Part shown: piece by piece, positions 30,342-39,885 of the stretch
How positions within the stretch are numbered: the stretch's first letter is position 1
How the letters are laid out: each line of letters opens with the position of its first letter
Assembly: GCA_963666215.2 (NCBI GenBank)
Contig: CAXWPL010000005.1
Span: forward strand, 1,152,001 to 1,216,000
Direction of reading: 5' to 3'
DNA from: Acidobacteriota bacterium
Lineage (GTDB): Bacteria > Acidobacteriota > UBA890 > WLXD01
Length of the DNA: 64,000 bases
Notes under the pieces: generated by a model
What the model saw: the letters and a program-made list of their open reading frames with translations, nothing else
Told to the model about the DNA's origin: nothing
Databases searched by the model: none
Made by a program: the position numbers and the translations under genes

Positions 30342-30389
30342 GAGCGGACTCCGGCCCGATGGGAGCCGCCCTACAGTCAGAAGACGAAG

Positions 30390-32429
30390 ATGGATGCTCC
30401 ACTGAGCTCAGCCCGTGAACGGATCGACCGTATTGACCACGAGCTTGTCGCGCTCCTCGCCGACCGCATTGACGCGGTCAAAGAGATTGGTGCGGCCAAG
30501 GGGAAAACCTCCTCTGCGCCTCTCCGCGACATCGACCGTGAGCGCGAGCTTTTCGAGTCGTGGGCCGAAGCCGCTGCACAGCGGGGGATGTCGTCGTACT
30601 ACGTAGGCCGAGTGCTGCGCGAAGTGTTGAGCTACTCGCGTCGAGTGCAGGAGAGGCTGCTCGACCCGGCCCCGCTGGCCAGCGCCGCGCCATCGATCAA
30701 GGTCGGCTATCAGGGGGTACCCGGCGCATACAGCCATCTCGCGTTGCAGAAGCTCTTCCACTTCCGCAGCGCCGACGAGACCGTTCAGCCGGTTGGGTTC
30801 CGCACCTTCACGGCTGCGATCGATGCACTGGAAAAGGCCGAGATTCGCTACGCCCTGCTGCCTATCGAGAACACCATCGCGGGAAGCCTCAACGAGGTCT
30901 ACCAACTGCTATCGGAGCGGCACATCACGATCGTCGATGAGGAGATCTGGCCGGTCGAGCATTGCCTCGCAGCCATACCCGAAAGCTCGATCGACGCCGT
31001 ACGAGTGATCCGCTCGCATCCCGTCGCACTGCAGCAGTGCCTGCGGTTCCTCGGGAAGATGACCGGTGCTACAGCCGAGAGCTACTTCGACACCGCCGCG
31101 TCGGCAGAATCGGTACTAGCCGAGCAGGACCCGCAGATCGCTGCAATCTGCTCGGAAGAAGTCGCGCATCGGCTGGGACTCCAGATTCTCGCACGCGGCA
31201 TCGCCAACACCAAGTACAACTTCACGCGGTTCGTGTTGCTCTCCACGGAGCCGGAGTCGGTCGACATCCGATTGCCCGCCAAGACGTCGATCATCTTCAC
31301 GGTGAACCACAGACGCGGAGCGTTGGCGCAGTGCGTGCAGGCGTTCGCGCGCCACGACGTCAACCTGACCAAGCTCGAGAGCCGTCCGAAGCCCGACTCG
31401 CCGTGGGAGTACCTCTTTTACCTCGACATCGAGGGCAATCCGGACGATCCGCAGGTTTCCGAAGCGATGCTGGAGGTGCGTGGCTACACCAACCACCTCA
31501 AACGACTCGGGACTTACCCCTGCCGCACCGTCGACAACGAGGAATTCGCTCCGCCGCTGAAGAACCTCGACAAGCCGCTAGAAGCAGAACCCGTCGTCGA
31601 ACCGCTCGCAGCCGCCCCTGGCCTGGGTGACTCACCGGCCAAGGTCCGGAATCGAACGATCGTCGCCATTGGAGGTGTGGAAATCGGCGGCCCTCGATTC
31701 GTGGTGATCAGCGGCCCGTGCGCGATCGAGACTCGCGAACAGATCATGGATACCGCCGCCATGGTCAAGGACCTGGGAGCCCGTGTTCTACGGGGAGGAG
31801 CGTTCAAGCCGAGATCGTCGCCCTACTCCTTCCAGGGGCTCGGCTTTCCGGGCCTCGATCTGCTGGTCGAGGCGGCGAGCGCCTACGAGCTTCCGACGCT
31901 CACCGAGGTGCTGCGAGCCGACCACGTCGAGCGGGTTGCCGACCATGCCGACGCGCTTCAAGTCGGCACACGCAACATGCAGAACTTCGAGCTTCTCAAG
32001 AAGCTCGGCACGATCGACAAGCCTATCCTCCTCAAGAGAGGCATGAGCGCCACGATCGATGATTTGCTGGCGGCCGCGGAGTACATCATGTCGGGCGGCA
32101 ACCAGCGGGTCATTCTGTGCGAGCGCGGAATCCGGACCTTCGAAACCGCGACTCGAAGCACACTCGATCTGAGCGCCGTTCCCGTGCTCCGAGAGCGCAC
32201 GTCGCTGCCCATCATTGTCGATCCGTCCCATGCCGCTGGGCGCCGCGAGCTGGTCGTGCCGCTGGCACTCGCGGCCGCGGCGGTGGGAGCGGATGGCCTG
32301 ATCGTAGAAGCCCACACGGATCCCGCGGCAGCTCTTTGCGACGGACCGCAAGCGCTCACCGAAGACGATCTGCGAGATCTGATGGAGCGACTCGCGCCCA
32401 TCGTGAAAGGACATGGACGCACTCTTTAG
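30390..32429 (+). CDS. pheA: Fusion: chorismate mutase + prephenate dehydratase + ACT + type I-beta DAHP synthase
   Basis: R.RID.ID..LV.LL..R (AroQ), YQG.PGAYS, PIENT..G, SHP.AL.QC, N.TRF, NLTKLESRP, then GPCAIE, RGGAFKPRSSPYSFQGLG, RNMQNF, CERGIRTF, DPSH. Confidence 0.93.
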   Translation: MDAPLSSARERIDRIDHELVALLADRIDAVKEIGAAKGKTSSAPLRDIDRERELFESWAEAAAQRGMSSYYVGRVLREVLSYSRRVQERLLDPAPLASAAPSIKVGYQGVPGAYSHLALQKLFHFRSADETVQPVGFRTFTAAIDALEKAEIRYALLPIENTIAGSLNEVYQLLSERHITIVDEEIWPVEHCLAAIPESSIDAVRVIRSHPVALQQCLRFLGKMTGATAESYFDTAASAESVLAEQDPQIAAICSEEVAHRLGLQILARGIANTKYNFTRFVLLSTEPESVDIRLPAKTSIIFTVNHRRGALAQCVQAFARHDVNLTKLESRPKPDSPWEYLFYLDIEGNPDDPQVSEAMLEVRGYTNHLKRLGTYPCRTVDNEEFAPPLKNLDKPLEAEPVVEPLAAAPGLGDSPAKVRNRTIVAIGGVEIGGPRFVVISGPCAIETREQIMDTAAMVKDLGARVLRGGAFKPRSSPYSFQGLGFPGLDLLVEAASAYELPTLTEVLRADHVERVADHADALQVGTRNMQNFELLKKLGTIDKPILLKRGMSATIDDLLAAAEYIMSGGNQRVILCERGIRTFETATRSTLDLSAVPVLRERTSLPIIVDPSHAAGRRELVVPLALAAAAVGADGLIVEAHTDPAAALCDGPQALTEDDLRDLMERLAPIVKGHGRTL

Positions 32430-32450
32430 GACGGCTGCCGGGGCGGCTTG

Positions 32451-35228
32451 TTAGTCGCTTCGTAATGCACTCACCGGATTGACGCCCGCGGCCCGCCATG
32501 CTGGCAGAGCGTTGGCGACAACGGCTACAACGAGCAGAAAGCCGACGCCCGCGGAATAGGCCAACACGTCGGTGGCGCCGATTCCGTAGAGAATCGACGT
32601 CAACGCGCGGGTGAAAGCCAGTGCCGCTAGGAGGCCGATGGCGCCTCCAATCAGCACGGTTCGCATCCCCTGCTGGAAGACCATGCGAACGACGTTGTTG
32701 CGGTCGGCACCCACCGCCATGCGTATTCCGATCTCGCGACGGCGCCGAGCCACGGCGAAGGCGACCACGCCGTAGACCCCGACGGAGGCCAGCAGAGCGC
32801 CGAGCATGCCGAGCACGCTCAGCGCCATGGCCGCCAGTCGCACCGGGAACAAGCTCAACGAGAGGTGCTCCTGGATCGTTCTGGTGGACATGATTGCCAA
32901 CTCGGGACGCGACGCGGTGACCTCGTGGCGCATGGCCTCGAGCAGCTGCGCCGGGTCGCGCTGCGAGCGAGCGATGATGGTTCCGAGCCCGCTGCTGAGA
33001 TTCTGCCGGTAGTCGAAGTAGACGTGCGGTTGGGAGTCCTCACCCAGAGTTCTCACCTTGTGCGTAGCGTTGACGCCGATGACCTCGAAGATCGGCGCGT
33101 CCTCGGCCAAGGAGCGCGAGAACCGCTTGCCGATGGGATCTTCGCCTGGCCACACTTTGTCGGCCATGGCCTGGTTGACGATCGCGACCATCGGCGCGCC
33201 GTCGACATCGCGCGCGTCGAATCGGCGCCCCGCCACCATATCGATCCCCATGATGTCGAAGAACTCGGGCGTCACCGCGCCGGTATCAACCGTGACGGGC
33301 GGAACGCCTTCTTCGGACGGCAGGCCATCGAGATGCAGCGTATCGTTGAGCACCGTCATGGAGTCGAGGGGCAGCCGTTCGGCGAAGGCAACGCTCTCGA
33401 CGCCAGGGATTCCGGCGACCTTCTCCATCACCTCGAAGTGCAGGGTGCGCCCGTCTTCGGGGTTGTACCCCTGGAAAACCAGACCGAGACCGATGCTGAC
33501 GATGGAGTTGGTGCGGATGCCGGGATCGATTGACTGAGCGCTGATCAGGCTCCGCACCAGTAGAGCCGACGACACCAGCAGAACAATCGACACGGCCACC
33601 TGCAAGCCGACGAGCAGGTTGCGCATACGCTGGCCGCGCACCCGACCGGCGCCGTCGACCTCGTCGCCCCGCAGCGTCCCGCTGACGCCAGAGCGCGTCG
33701 TCTGCAGTGCCGGGGCCAGTCCGAAGACGAATCCGGTACCCAGAGCCAGCAACAGCGTGAAGGCGAAAACCCGCGGCGCCATCCCGATGGCCAGATCGAT
33801 CGGCACCACAATGGGCGGCTGAATGGCCAACAGCGCTTTGAGCGTCCAGAAAGCAACCCCAACGGCCAGGGCGCCGCCAATCATCGACAGCACGGTGCTC
33901 TCCGTGAGCATCTGACGCAACACGCGGCCGCGGCCGGCTCCCAGCGCCTGTCGGACGGCGATCTCTTGGCGCCGCATCGATGCGCGCGCCAGCATCATGC
34001 TGGCAACGTTGGCGCAGGCAATCAGCAGAACCAGCCCGACGATGCTCATCACCACACCGGCCACCGGCAGCATCATGCGGTCGGCTCGAGGGTCGATGCG
34101 CACGTCGTTGAAGCTCATAGCGCCGAATACGACGTCTTTGTTGGTGTCGGGATACTCCTCGGCCAACGCCTGACTGATGCCGGCGAGCTCGGCATTGGCC
34201 TGCTCGAGGCTTACACCATCGGCCAGCCTGCCAACGGTGTAGCTGCTGTTCGACGTCCGCCGCGTCAGACGACTCGCGGCGGCCGGAATGAGGTCGGCGG
34301 TCGCCGGGCCCGGCACCCAGAAGTGCACCGCGATCGGCGGGACCCCGCCCTGGTACTTGGCTGGCACCACACCCACAAGCGTGTAGGGCTTGCCTCCGAG
34401 ATAGATCTCGCGCCCCAGGGCGCTCGGGTCGCCGGCAAAGCGCGAGCGCCAGAGCGACTCGCTGAGCATTGCCACGCGGTGATTGCCTGGGACATCTTCG
34501 TCCGCCGTGGAGGTGCGTCCAATCAGGGGGTCGATACCCAGGACCGAGAAGAAGTTGTAGGTGATCGACTCGCCGAAAATGAACTGCGCATCGCCTTGGT
34601 GGTTGAGCGTTGTCATCTCGGTGCGAAACGAGGCCAGCCCCGAATACGACTCCGACTGGTCGCGGATGTCCTCGTAGTCGGGGTAGGAGGTCAGAATGCC
34701 GCCGACGATGAACTGCGGATCCCTGTCGGTCGCCGCCACGCGAATGACGCGATCGGGATCGCGCAGCGGAATCCCCTTGAACAGAACGGCGTCGACAACC
34801 GCAAACATCGTGGTGTTGAAGCCAATTCCAAGGGCTAGTGACACCACGGCTACGGCCGTAGTGCCTGGGCTCTTCGCCATCATGCGGAAGGCGAATCGAA
34901 TGTCGCGTAGCAGGTCGGTCATCAAATGGGTCCTGGCGCCCTGGGAAACACGGTCGGGGAATCGGCCGAGCGGGTCCTTGCCGAGCTTCTGCTCGCGTCC
35001 GGAGCGGATGAGCTGGTCGAGATCGCCAAAGCGAAGCTCGGCGTCGCGTCGCGCCTGAGCGGAGCTCATGCCGGTGGCTTCGTTGTCTCGAGCACGCAAC
35101 TCGATGTGCGTGAGCATCTCCTCGCGGATCTCGCGGTCAACTCGCCCACCCATGACAGCCGTGCGACCAGCGCCGAGAAGGGTTCGGAAACGCGAGATCA
35201 ACGATGTCATCGAATCAGGCGATCTCAT
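32451..35228 (-). CDS. ADOP-type duplicated ABC permease with N-terminal permease-prefix domain
   Basis: E..EEM..HIE......GMS..QARR.A..RFG prefix; DIRFAFR, LLIACANVA, EIGIRMAVGA, VNPVSALRSD. Confidence 0.93.
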   Translation of the reverse strand: MRSPDSMTSLISRFRTLLGAGRTAVMGGRVDREIREEMLTHIELRARDNEATGMSSAQARRDAELRFGDLDQLIRSGREQKLGKDPLGRFPDRVSQGARTHLMTDLLRDIRFAFRMMAKSPGTTAVAVVSLALGIGFNTTMFAVVDAVLFKGIPLRDPDRVIRVAATDRDPQFIVGGILTSYPDYEDIRDQSESYSGLASFRTEMTTLNHQGDAQFIFGESITYNFFSVLGIDPLIGRTSTADEDVPGNHRVAMLSESLWRSRFAGDPSALGREIYLGGKPYTLVGVVPAKYQGGVPPIAVHFWVPGPATADLIPAAASRLTRRTSNSSYTVGRLADGVSLEQANAELAGISQALAEEYPDTNKDVVFGAMSFNDVRIDPRADRMMLPVAGVVMSIVGLVLLIACANVASMMLARASMRRQEIAVRQALGAGRGRVLRQMLTESTVLSMIGGALAVGVAFWTLKALLAIQPPIVVPIDLAIGMAPRVFAFTLLLALGTGFVFGLAPALQTTRSGVSGTLRGDEVDGAGRVRGQRMRNLLVGLQVAVSIVLLVSSALLVRSLISAQSIDPGIRTNSIVSIGLGLVFQGYNPEDGRTLHFEVMEKVAGIPGVESVAFAERLPLDSMTVLNDTLHLDGLPSEEGVPPVTVDTGAVTPEFFDIMGIDMVAGRRFDARDVDGAPMVAIVNQAMADKVWPGEDPIGKRFSRSLAEDAPIFEVIGVNATHKVRTLGEDSQPHVYFDYRQNLSSGLGTIIARSQRDPAQLLEAMRHEVTASRPELAIMSTRTIQEHLSLSLFPVRLAAMALSVLGMLGALLASVGVYGVVAFAVARRRREIGIRMAVGADRNNVVRMVFQQGMRTVLIGGAIGLLAALAFTRALTSILYGIGATDVLAYSAGVGFLLVVAVVANALPAWRAAGVNPVSALRSD

Positions 35229-35229
35229 C

Positions 35230-35562
35230 TCAGCGAGCCTCCAGCACCTTGCCGACCGCGGTCGTGAACTCGCCCCAGGTCGACAGCTCGCCGTCGAGCT
35301 GTTCGCGACCGGCGCTGGTGAGGCTGTAACACTTGACGCGGCGCTTGGTGTCGGAAACGGTCCACGCCGACTCGATCCAGCCGCGCCGCTCCATTCGATA
35401 GAGCGCCGGATACAGTGAGCCCTCCTCGACCGTCAACATGGAATCGGTGGCCTCCTGGATCTTCTTGGCAACGGCGTAGCCGTGCAGGCCGCCGGTGGCG
35501 AGCGTTTTGAGCACCAGCAGGTCGAGCGTGCCGCGGAGCAGATCGAGTCCGTGTTTACCCAT
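35230..35562 (-). CDS. PadR family regulator, acidobacterial type
   Basis: LLRGTLDLLVLKTL...LHGY, VEEGSLYPALYRME..GWI...W, Y.LT.AGR.QL; directly upstream of ADOP permease. Confidence 0.95.
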   Translation of the reverse strand: MGKHGLDLLRGTLDLLVLKTLATGGLHGYAVAKKIQEATDSMLTVEEGSLYPALYRMERRGWIESAWTVSDTKRRVKCYSLTSAGREQLDGELSTWGEFTTAVGKVLEAR

Positions 35563-35597
35563 GGTTCGTGCCCTTCGAGCTTTTGGTATCCCTGGAG

Positions 35598-35666
35598 TTT
35601 CTATACTTAGAAAGCCTATGGATAGAGACTAACTCGTTAGACGCACGCGTGGGCCCAGAGGTTTCA
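35598..35666 (-). promoter_or_regulatory. ECF-type promoter TGAAAC-N17-CGTCTA plus tandem CTA-N4-TAG operator palindromes
   Basis: -35 at 35661-35666 and -10 at 35638-35643 (minus strand); TTTCTA-TACT-TAGAAA 35598-35613 and CTA-TGGA-TAG 35616-35625, 15 bp apart. Confidence 0.7.
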
Positions 35667-35737
35667 AGATTCTGCGGGGCGAACGCCCGATCACCCGACT
35701 CGGAGCGCCTCACGGCACTGCGGCAGCATCGCGACCG

Positions 35738-37432
35738 CTAGGCCGCTTCGGAGTACTTCCGCGGCGCTTCGGCGGGTCCCGACCCGGCCGCCGAAGCGGC
35801 CAGCTCGCCCGGCACCGCCTCCCGCGGTGCGGGAAGCGGCTCGCGACGGCGCACCAGTGGGTCCCCAAGGCGGTTGGAGGCGTGCTCGACCAGCGTATCC
35901 GGGCCGCCCCAGATGGGTAGGTGCGTGCCGGGCCTGGTGCACGTGTCATACACCACGAAGCCGGCCAGCGCGGCGTCGCCACCACGGGCTTGGGCACTGG
36001 CCAGGAGCTGCAGCGGATACGCGGCACTGCCGACGACGGGGAAAGCGCCAACGACGAGGGCAACCCAGGGCCGCGGTCGCCGCCGCGCCCAAGACGTCGC
36101 CATGCGGACAAGCGTGTAGGACGTGCGCGACAGCGGCCCGCCGAGGGCGATGACGGCTGGCACCCACAACATCGGCAGAATGCCCAGCTGAGCCGCCGCC
36201 GGCGCGCCCAGCCAGACGGCCACCTTGTAGAAGGGCTTCATTGCCAGGTGCACGCCAAAGTCGGTGAGGTAGTCGGCGGCGTCGCAACGCCGCAGCAGGC
36301 GCGCCAGCCGCGACGCCTCGGTCACCGTGAGCTGACCGCGACGCTGCCATCCTCGGATGCGCCCACGGGTGTAGCGCCGCGCCAGCGCCGCGCGCCAGCG
36401 CTGCGAGGTACAAAAGCGGAGAGCCGCGCGGGCGACGCCGACAAGTGGCAGAGCCGCGACCAACCGTGCGGCCCCGACGACCAGATCGGGAGTGCGTCGC
36501 ATGGCGGCAACGGCCAAACGAGATGCCTCGCGCGCGTTCCAACGCAGCGGCCGCCGCCGATACCAGGCCGCCGTCGGCTCGTCGATCTGGCGGCTCGCGA
36601 CCTGGAAATCGATCGCTCGCTCGTGGCGTCGCAGCGAGCGCCACGCCAGCTGGTGCCACTCCAGCGCTGTAACCTCCTTGTTCAAGGCGGCGGCGCGATC
36701 GGTGCCGAGCAGCGCACTCAGCTCATCCTGACAGGTCGCGAGGTAGTGGCGGAGCCGAGTCACGTCGACGTCGTCGAACAGGGGGGCACGGTGAGCCCAC
36801 GCCCTCGGCAGGTAGAAGCTCACCAGCTTGCGCACATCGAGCGGGAATAACGCCGGCACGCCGGATTCGAGATCGATCCACACCCAGGTGCGGCGCCCGT
36901 CTGGTTTCTCCTGCAAGAGGAAGTTGCTCGCGGCTACCGGGTTGCCGTAGCCAGCCTGCCAGAGCAAGCCGTCGAAGCCGGCCTCGCGAAGGTGTTGCTG
37001 CAACGGGCGCAGCACGTCGTTCCGCAGCTCGGCAACCTCATCGTCGCGTGCACCCGAGAACGGATGATGGAGGCTTGCCGGTCTCCCCTGAACAAATTCT
37101 GCGCGCAGCTCCTGGCAATCGAAGTCTTCGTTGTGCCCCAAACCCGTCGTCGGCGCCACCCGGAGCCGCGGACCGAACCAAAGCTCAACGAGATCGACCA
37201 TAATTCGCCGGCGCAAGTAGGCGCAGCGAAGCGCGTCACGATTCCAGGCGTACGGATTCGGAGCGCCGGTCAACATCCAGAGCACCGCTCCCGCCGCGCC
37301 GCCGACGTTAAATACCTTGACGGCCTCGGCTCCCGCGTCGGTCGTCACACGGTAGACGGTTCCTGAACGTCCGCGCCCGATCTTCACCCAGTCGGGTGGA
37401 AGCGACGCCGGTCTGCTGTTCGCCACGATCAC
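35738..37432 (-). CDS. Hypothetical protein with atypical protein-kinase-like N-domain and C-terminal membrane segments
   Basis: IGRGRSGTVY, AVKVF, SNFLL, WIDLE; GGAGGT RBS and TAGAAT -10 upstream. Confidence 0.65.
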   Translation of the reverse strand: MIVANSRPASLPPDWVKIGRGRSGTVYRVTTDAGAEAVKVFNVGGAAGAVLWMLTGAPNPYAWNRDALRCAYLRRRIMVDLVELWFGPRLRVAPTTGLGHNEDFDCQELRAEFVQGRPASLHHPFSGARDDEVAELRNDVLRPLQQHLREAGFDGLLWQAGYGNPVAASNFLLQEKPDGRRTWVWIDLESGVPALFPLDVRKLVSFYLPRAWAHRAPLFDDVDVTRLRHYLATCQDELSALLGTDRAAALNKEVTALEWHQLAWRSLRRHERAIDFQVASRQIDEPTAAWYRRRPLRWNAREASRLAVAAMRRTPDLVVGAARLVAALPLVGVARAALRFCTSQRWRAALARRYTRGRIRGWQRRGQLTVTEASRLARLLRRCDAADYLTDFGVHLAMKPFYKVAVWLGAPAAAQLGILPMLWVPAVIALGGPLSRTSYTLVRMATSWARRRPRPWVALVVGAFPVVGSAAYPLQLLASAQARGGDAALAGFVVYDTCTRPGTHLPIWGGPDTLVEHASNRLGDPLVRRREPLPAPREAVPGELAASAAGSGPAEAPRKYSEAA

Positions 37433-37535
37433 ACCTCCAGCGGATCATTCTAGAGGTGCACAAAAGCGTTACGAAGCCAAAATTGACCATCAAAAGCCAA
37501 TACAGGCCAGATCGGTCAGCGCCATTGACTCCGTG

Positions 37536-38104
37536 TCAGCCGTCGCGCAGCGCCGTAACCGGGTCGATCCGCGTGAGGCGGAGAGCCGGGATCCAGGTGG
37601 CGAACATCGCGACCGCAACCAGGCCCGACGCCACAACCGCGTAGGTGAGTGGATCGGCGGGACTGACGTCGAACAGCATCCCGCCAACCATGCGACTCAG
37701 AGCCGCGGCGGCAATCAGTCCGGCAATCACGCCGGCGACGACGAGCACGAGCCCTTGGCGGAGAATCAGTCGCACAACTCCGCTGCGAGCCGATCCCAGG
37801 GCCATGCGGATGCCCATCTCATGAGCCCGCTGGTCGACGGCGTTGGAGATCACGCCGTACACGCCTACCGCGGCGAGCAGCATCGCGAGCAGGCCGAAGA
37901 TCGCCAGCAAGCCCGCGCCCATGCGACGAGGCTCGAAGAGTCCTCGACCGGGATGGGCGCCAGGAACACCGCGCGGATCATCGTGAAGATGGTGGTGTTG
38001 AAGCCGATACCCAGCGCCAGCGAGACGACCGCGATCAGCGAGATCGTCGGGCGGCTCCAGAGCATGCGCACGCCGTAGCGAACGTCCTGTAGAAAGGTGT
38101 CCAT
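37536..38104 (-). pseudogene. ADOP-type permease remnant with large internal deletion
   Basis: N-terminus MDTFLQDVRYGVRML...LALGIGFNTTIF joined out of frame near 37925 to C-terminus EMGIRMALG...IDPVTALRDG. Confidence 0.88.
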
Positions 38105-38201
38105 TGGCCTACTCGGGCGTGGGAGATTCGAGAGCTTCGACGAGTCTATCGCCGCGGCGAGTCGCCGCGCACGGCAGGGTCCGGCTTCGGACGACCGTCC
38201 C

Positions 38202-39728
38202 CTACCTCACCGACGCCGCCCTCGCGATCAGCTCAACGATGTTGGCGCGCAGCTGCATCAGCTCGTCCTCGTGTACGTACATCATGTGCCCGGCTTCGTA
38301 GTAGTTGTGCCTCAGGTTGCCGCGCAGCTCCGGAGGCAGGCGCATGTGATCGGTGGTCCATTCCATGGCGAAGAACGGCGTGGCCAGGTCGTAGTAGCCG
38401 TTCTCGACCTGCACCTGCAACGACGGATTGCGGATCATTGCGCGTTCGAGATCTGAGGCGACGTAGGTTGCACCCGGCCACCCGCGCCCTTGCCCGCGGC
38501 TCCAGTTCCATCCTCGTACGGCGCCGCTTGTGACATACGGTTCGGTGGTCTCGAAACCCAGCTCGTCGCGCAGGTAGCGGTTGATCGCCGCGGTGTAGGC
38601 ACCCGAGATGGCGCTCGACTGCGGGTCGTAGCCGGCGTTTTCGGCAAGCAAGTCGTTGGTGAAGCCGTCGAACCGCGCGTCGAGCCGCGAGGTCACCATG
38701 CCGGAAGTGCGCTGAAGCTCGGCGCGGAACTGCGACGCGTTCACGCGAAGATCGGCCTTGTCGAGGTAGTCCTCCGACAGGCCGGTAAAACCTACGAGGC
38801 CGGCGAGAACCTTGGCGCGTAGCTCACCGGGAGCCGAGTCGCCCAGTGCCAGCCAATGCGTGTAGTCACCCAGTGCAAACTCCCGCACCTCGTCGAGCCA
38901 GACCTCGAGGTCTTCCGGCCACTCGACGGCGCCGTGATAGGCCGAAGTGATGGCGTAGGTCGGCAGGTAGGTGATGTACGACGTGTCGTGGCCCGGCGCG
39001 AACAGGATCGTCTCGAAGTCGAGAACGGCCGAGATCAACGAGACTCCGCTGAAGTCCATGCCGGAGTCCTGCAGCATGTTCACCAAAACGGCCGACCGAG
39101 TCGTGCCGTAGCTCTCGCCAATCAGAAACTTGGGCGAATTCCAGCGTTGGTTGCGCGTGATGTACTGGGTAACGAACTGAGTCAGCGAGCGAGCGTCCTC
39201 ATCCAGACCCCAGAAGTCGCTGCCCTTGCCCTTGCCGATGACGCGGCTGAAGCCGGTTCCGATGGGGTCGATGAAGACCATGTCGGTGGCGTCGAGTGGG
39301 CTGCCCTCGTTGTCGACGAGGTCGTACGGCGGCGGCGGCGTAGGTCCCGAATCGTTCACCGGCACCCGCTTGGGTCCAAAAGCTCCCATGTGGAGCCACA
39401 TCGACGCCGAACCTGGCCCACCGTTGTAGATGAACGAAATCGGCTGCGTCGACGAGTCGGCGTCGGTTCGCGTGTAGGCCGTGTAGTAGAGCAGCCCGAT
39501 CGGCTCGTTGTCCTCATTAACCAGGTGCATCGTCGCGGCGGTCGCCTGGTAGGGGATTTCCTGCCCGTCGATCACGATCGTGTGGTCGGTGACCGACGAC
39601 TGCTCGTCCGGAATGGGTGCCGCGTCGCCCTGGGCTTCGGGCGGCCTTTGCTGCGCGAGCGTCGGCGCCGCCATGACAACCAGGAGGAGCAGCAGCAGGC
39701 CGGTGCCGGCGAACTTGGTGATGCGCAT
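38202..39728 (-). CDS. Peptidase S10 serine carboxypeptidase, secreted
   Basis: Signal peptide, NGGPGSAS, FIDPIGTGFS, GESYGT, GYYDLATP, YEAGHMMY. Confidence 0.93.
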   Translation of the reverse strand: MRITKFAGTGLLLLLLVVMAAPTLAQQRPPEAQGDAAPIPDEQSSVTDHTIVIDGQEIPYQATAATMHLVNEDNEPIGLLYYTAYTRTDADSSTQPISFIYNGGPGSASMWLHMGAFGPKRVPVNDSGPTPPPPYDLVDNEGSPLDATDMVFIDPIGTGFSRVIGKGKGSDFWGLDEDARSLTQFVTQYITRNQRWNSPKFLIGESYGTTRSAVLVNMLQDSGMDFSGVSLISAVLDFETILFAPGHDTSYITYLPTYAITSAYHGAVEWPEDLEVWLDEVREFALGDYTHWLALGDSAPGELRAKVLAGLVGFTGLSEDYLDKADLRVNASQFRAELQRTSGMVTSRLDARFDGFTNDLLAENAGYDPQSSAISGAYTAAINRYLRDELGFETTEPYVTSGAVRGWNWSRGQGRGWPGATYVASDLERAMIRNPSLQVQVENGYYDLATPFFAMEWTTDHMRLPPELRGNLRHNYYEAGHMMYVHEDELMQLRANIVELIARAASVR

Positions 39729-39885
39729 GAGTTGCCTTCTTCTGAGGTGTGAGGAGCTGGAGAGGGAAGCCGCGGCGCGATACCACGGCCGGACGCTGCC
39801 GACGGATTCTAGCCGACCGCTCGGCCAATCTCCCGCCAACAGGCGGACGCGCGGGCGGGCGACCCAGGCGGCGCGCGACGAACGA

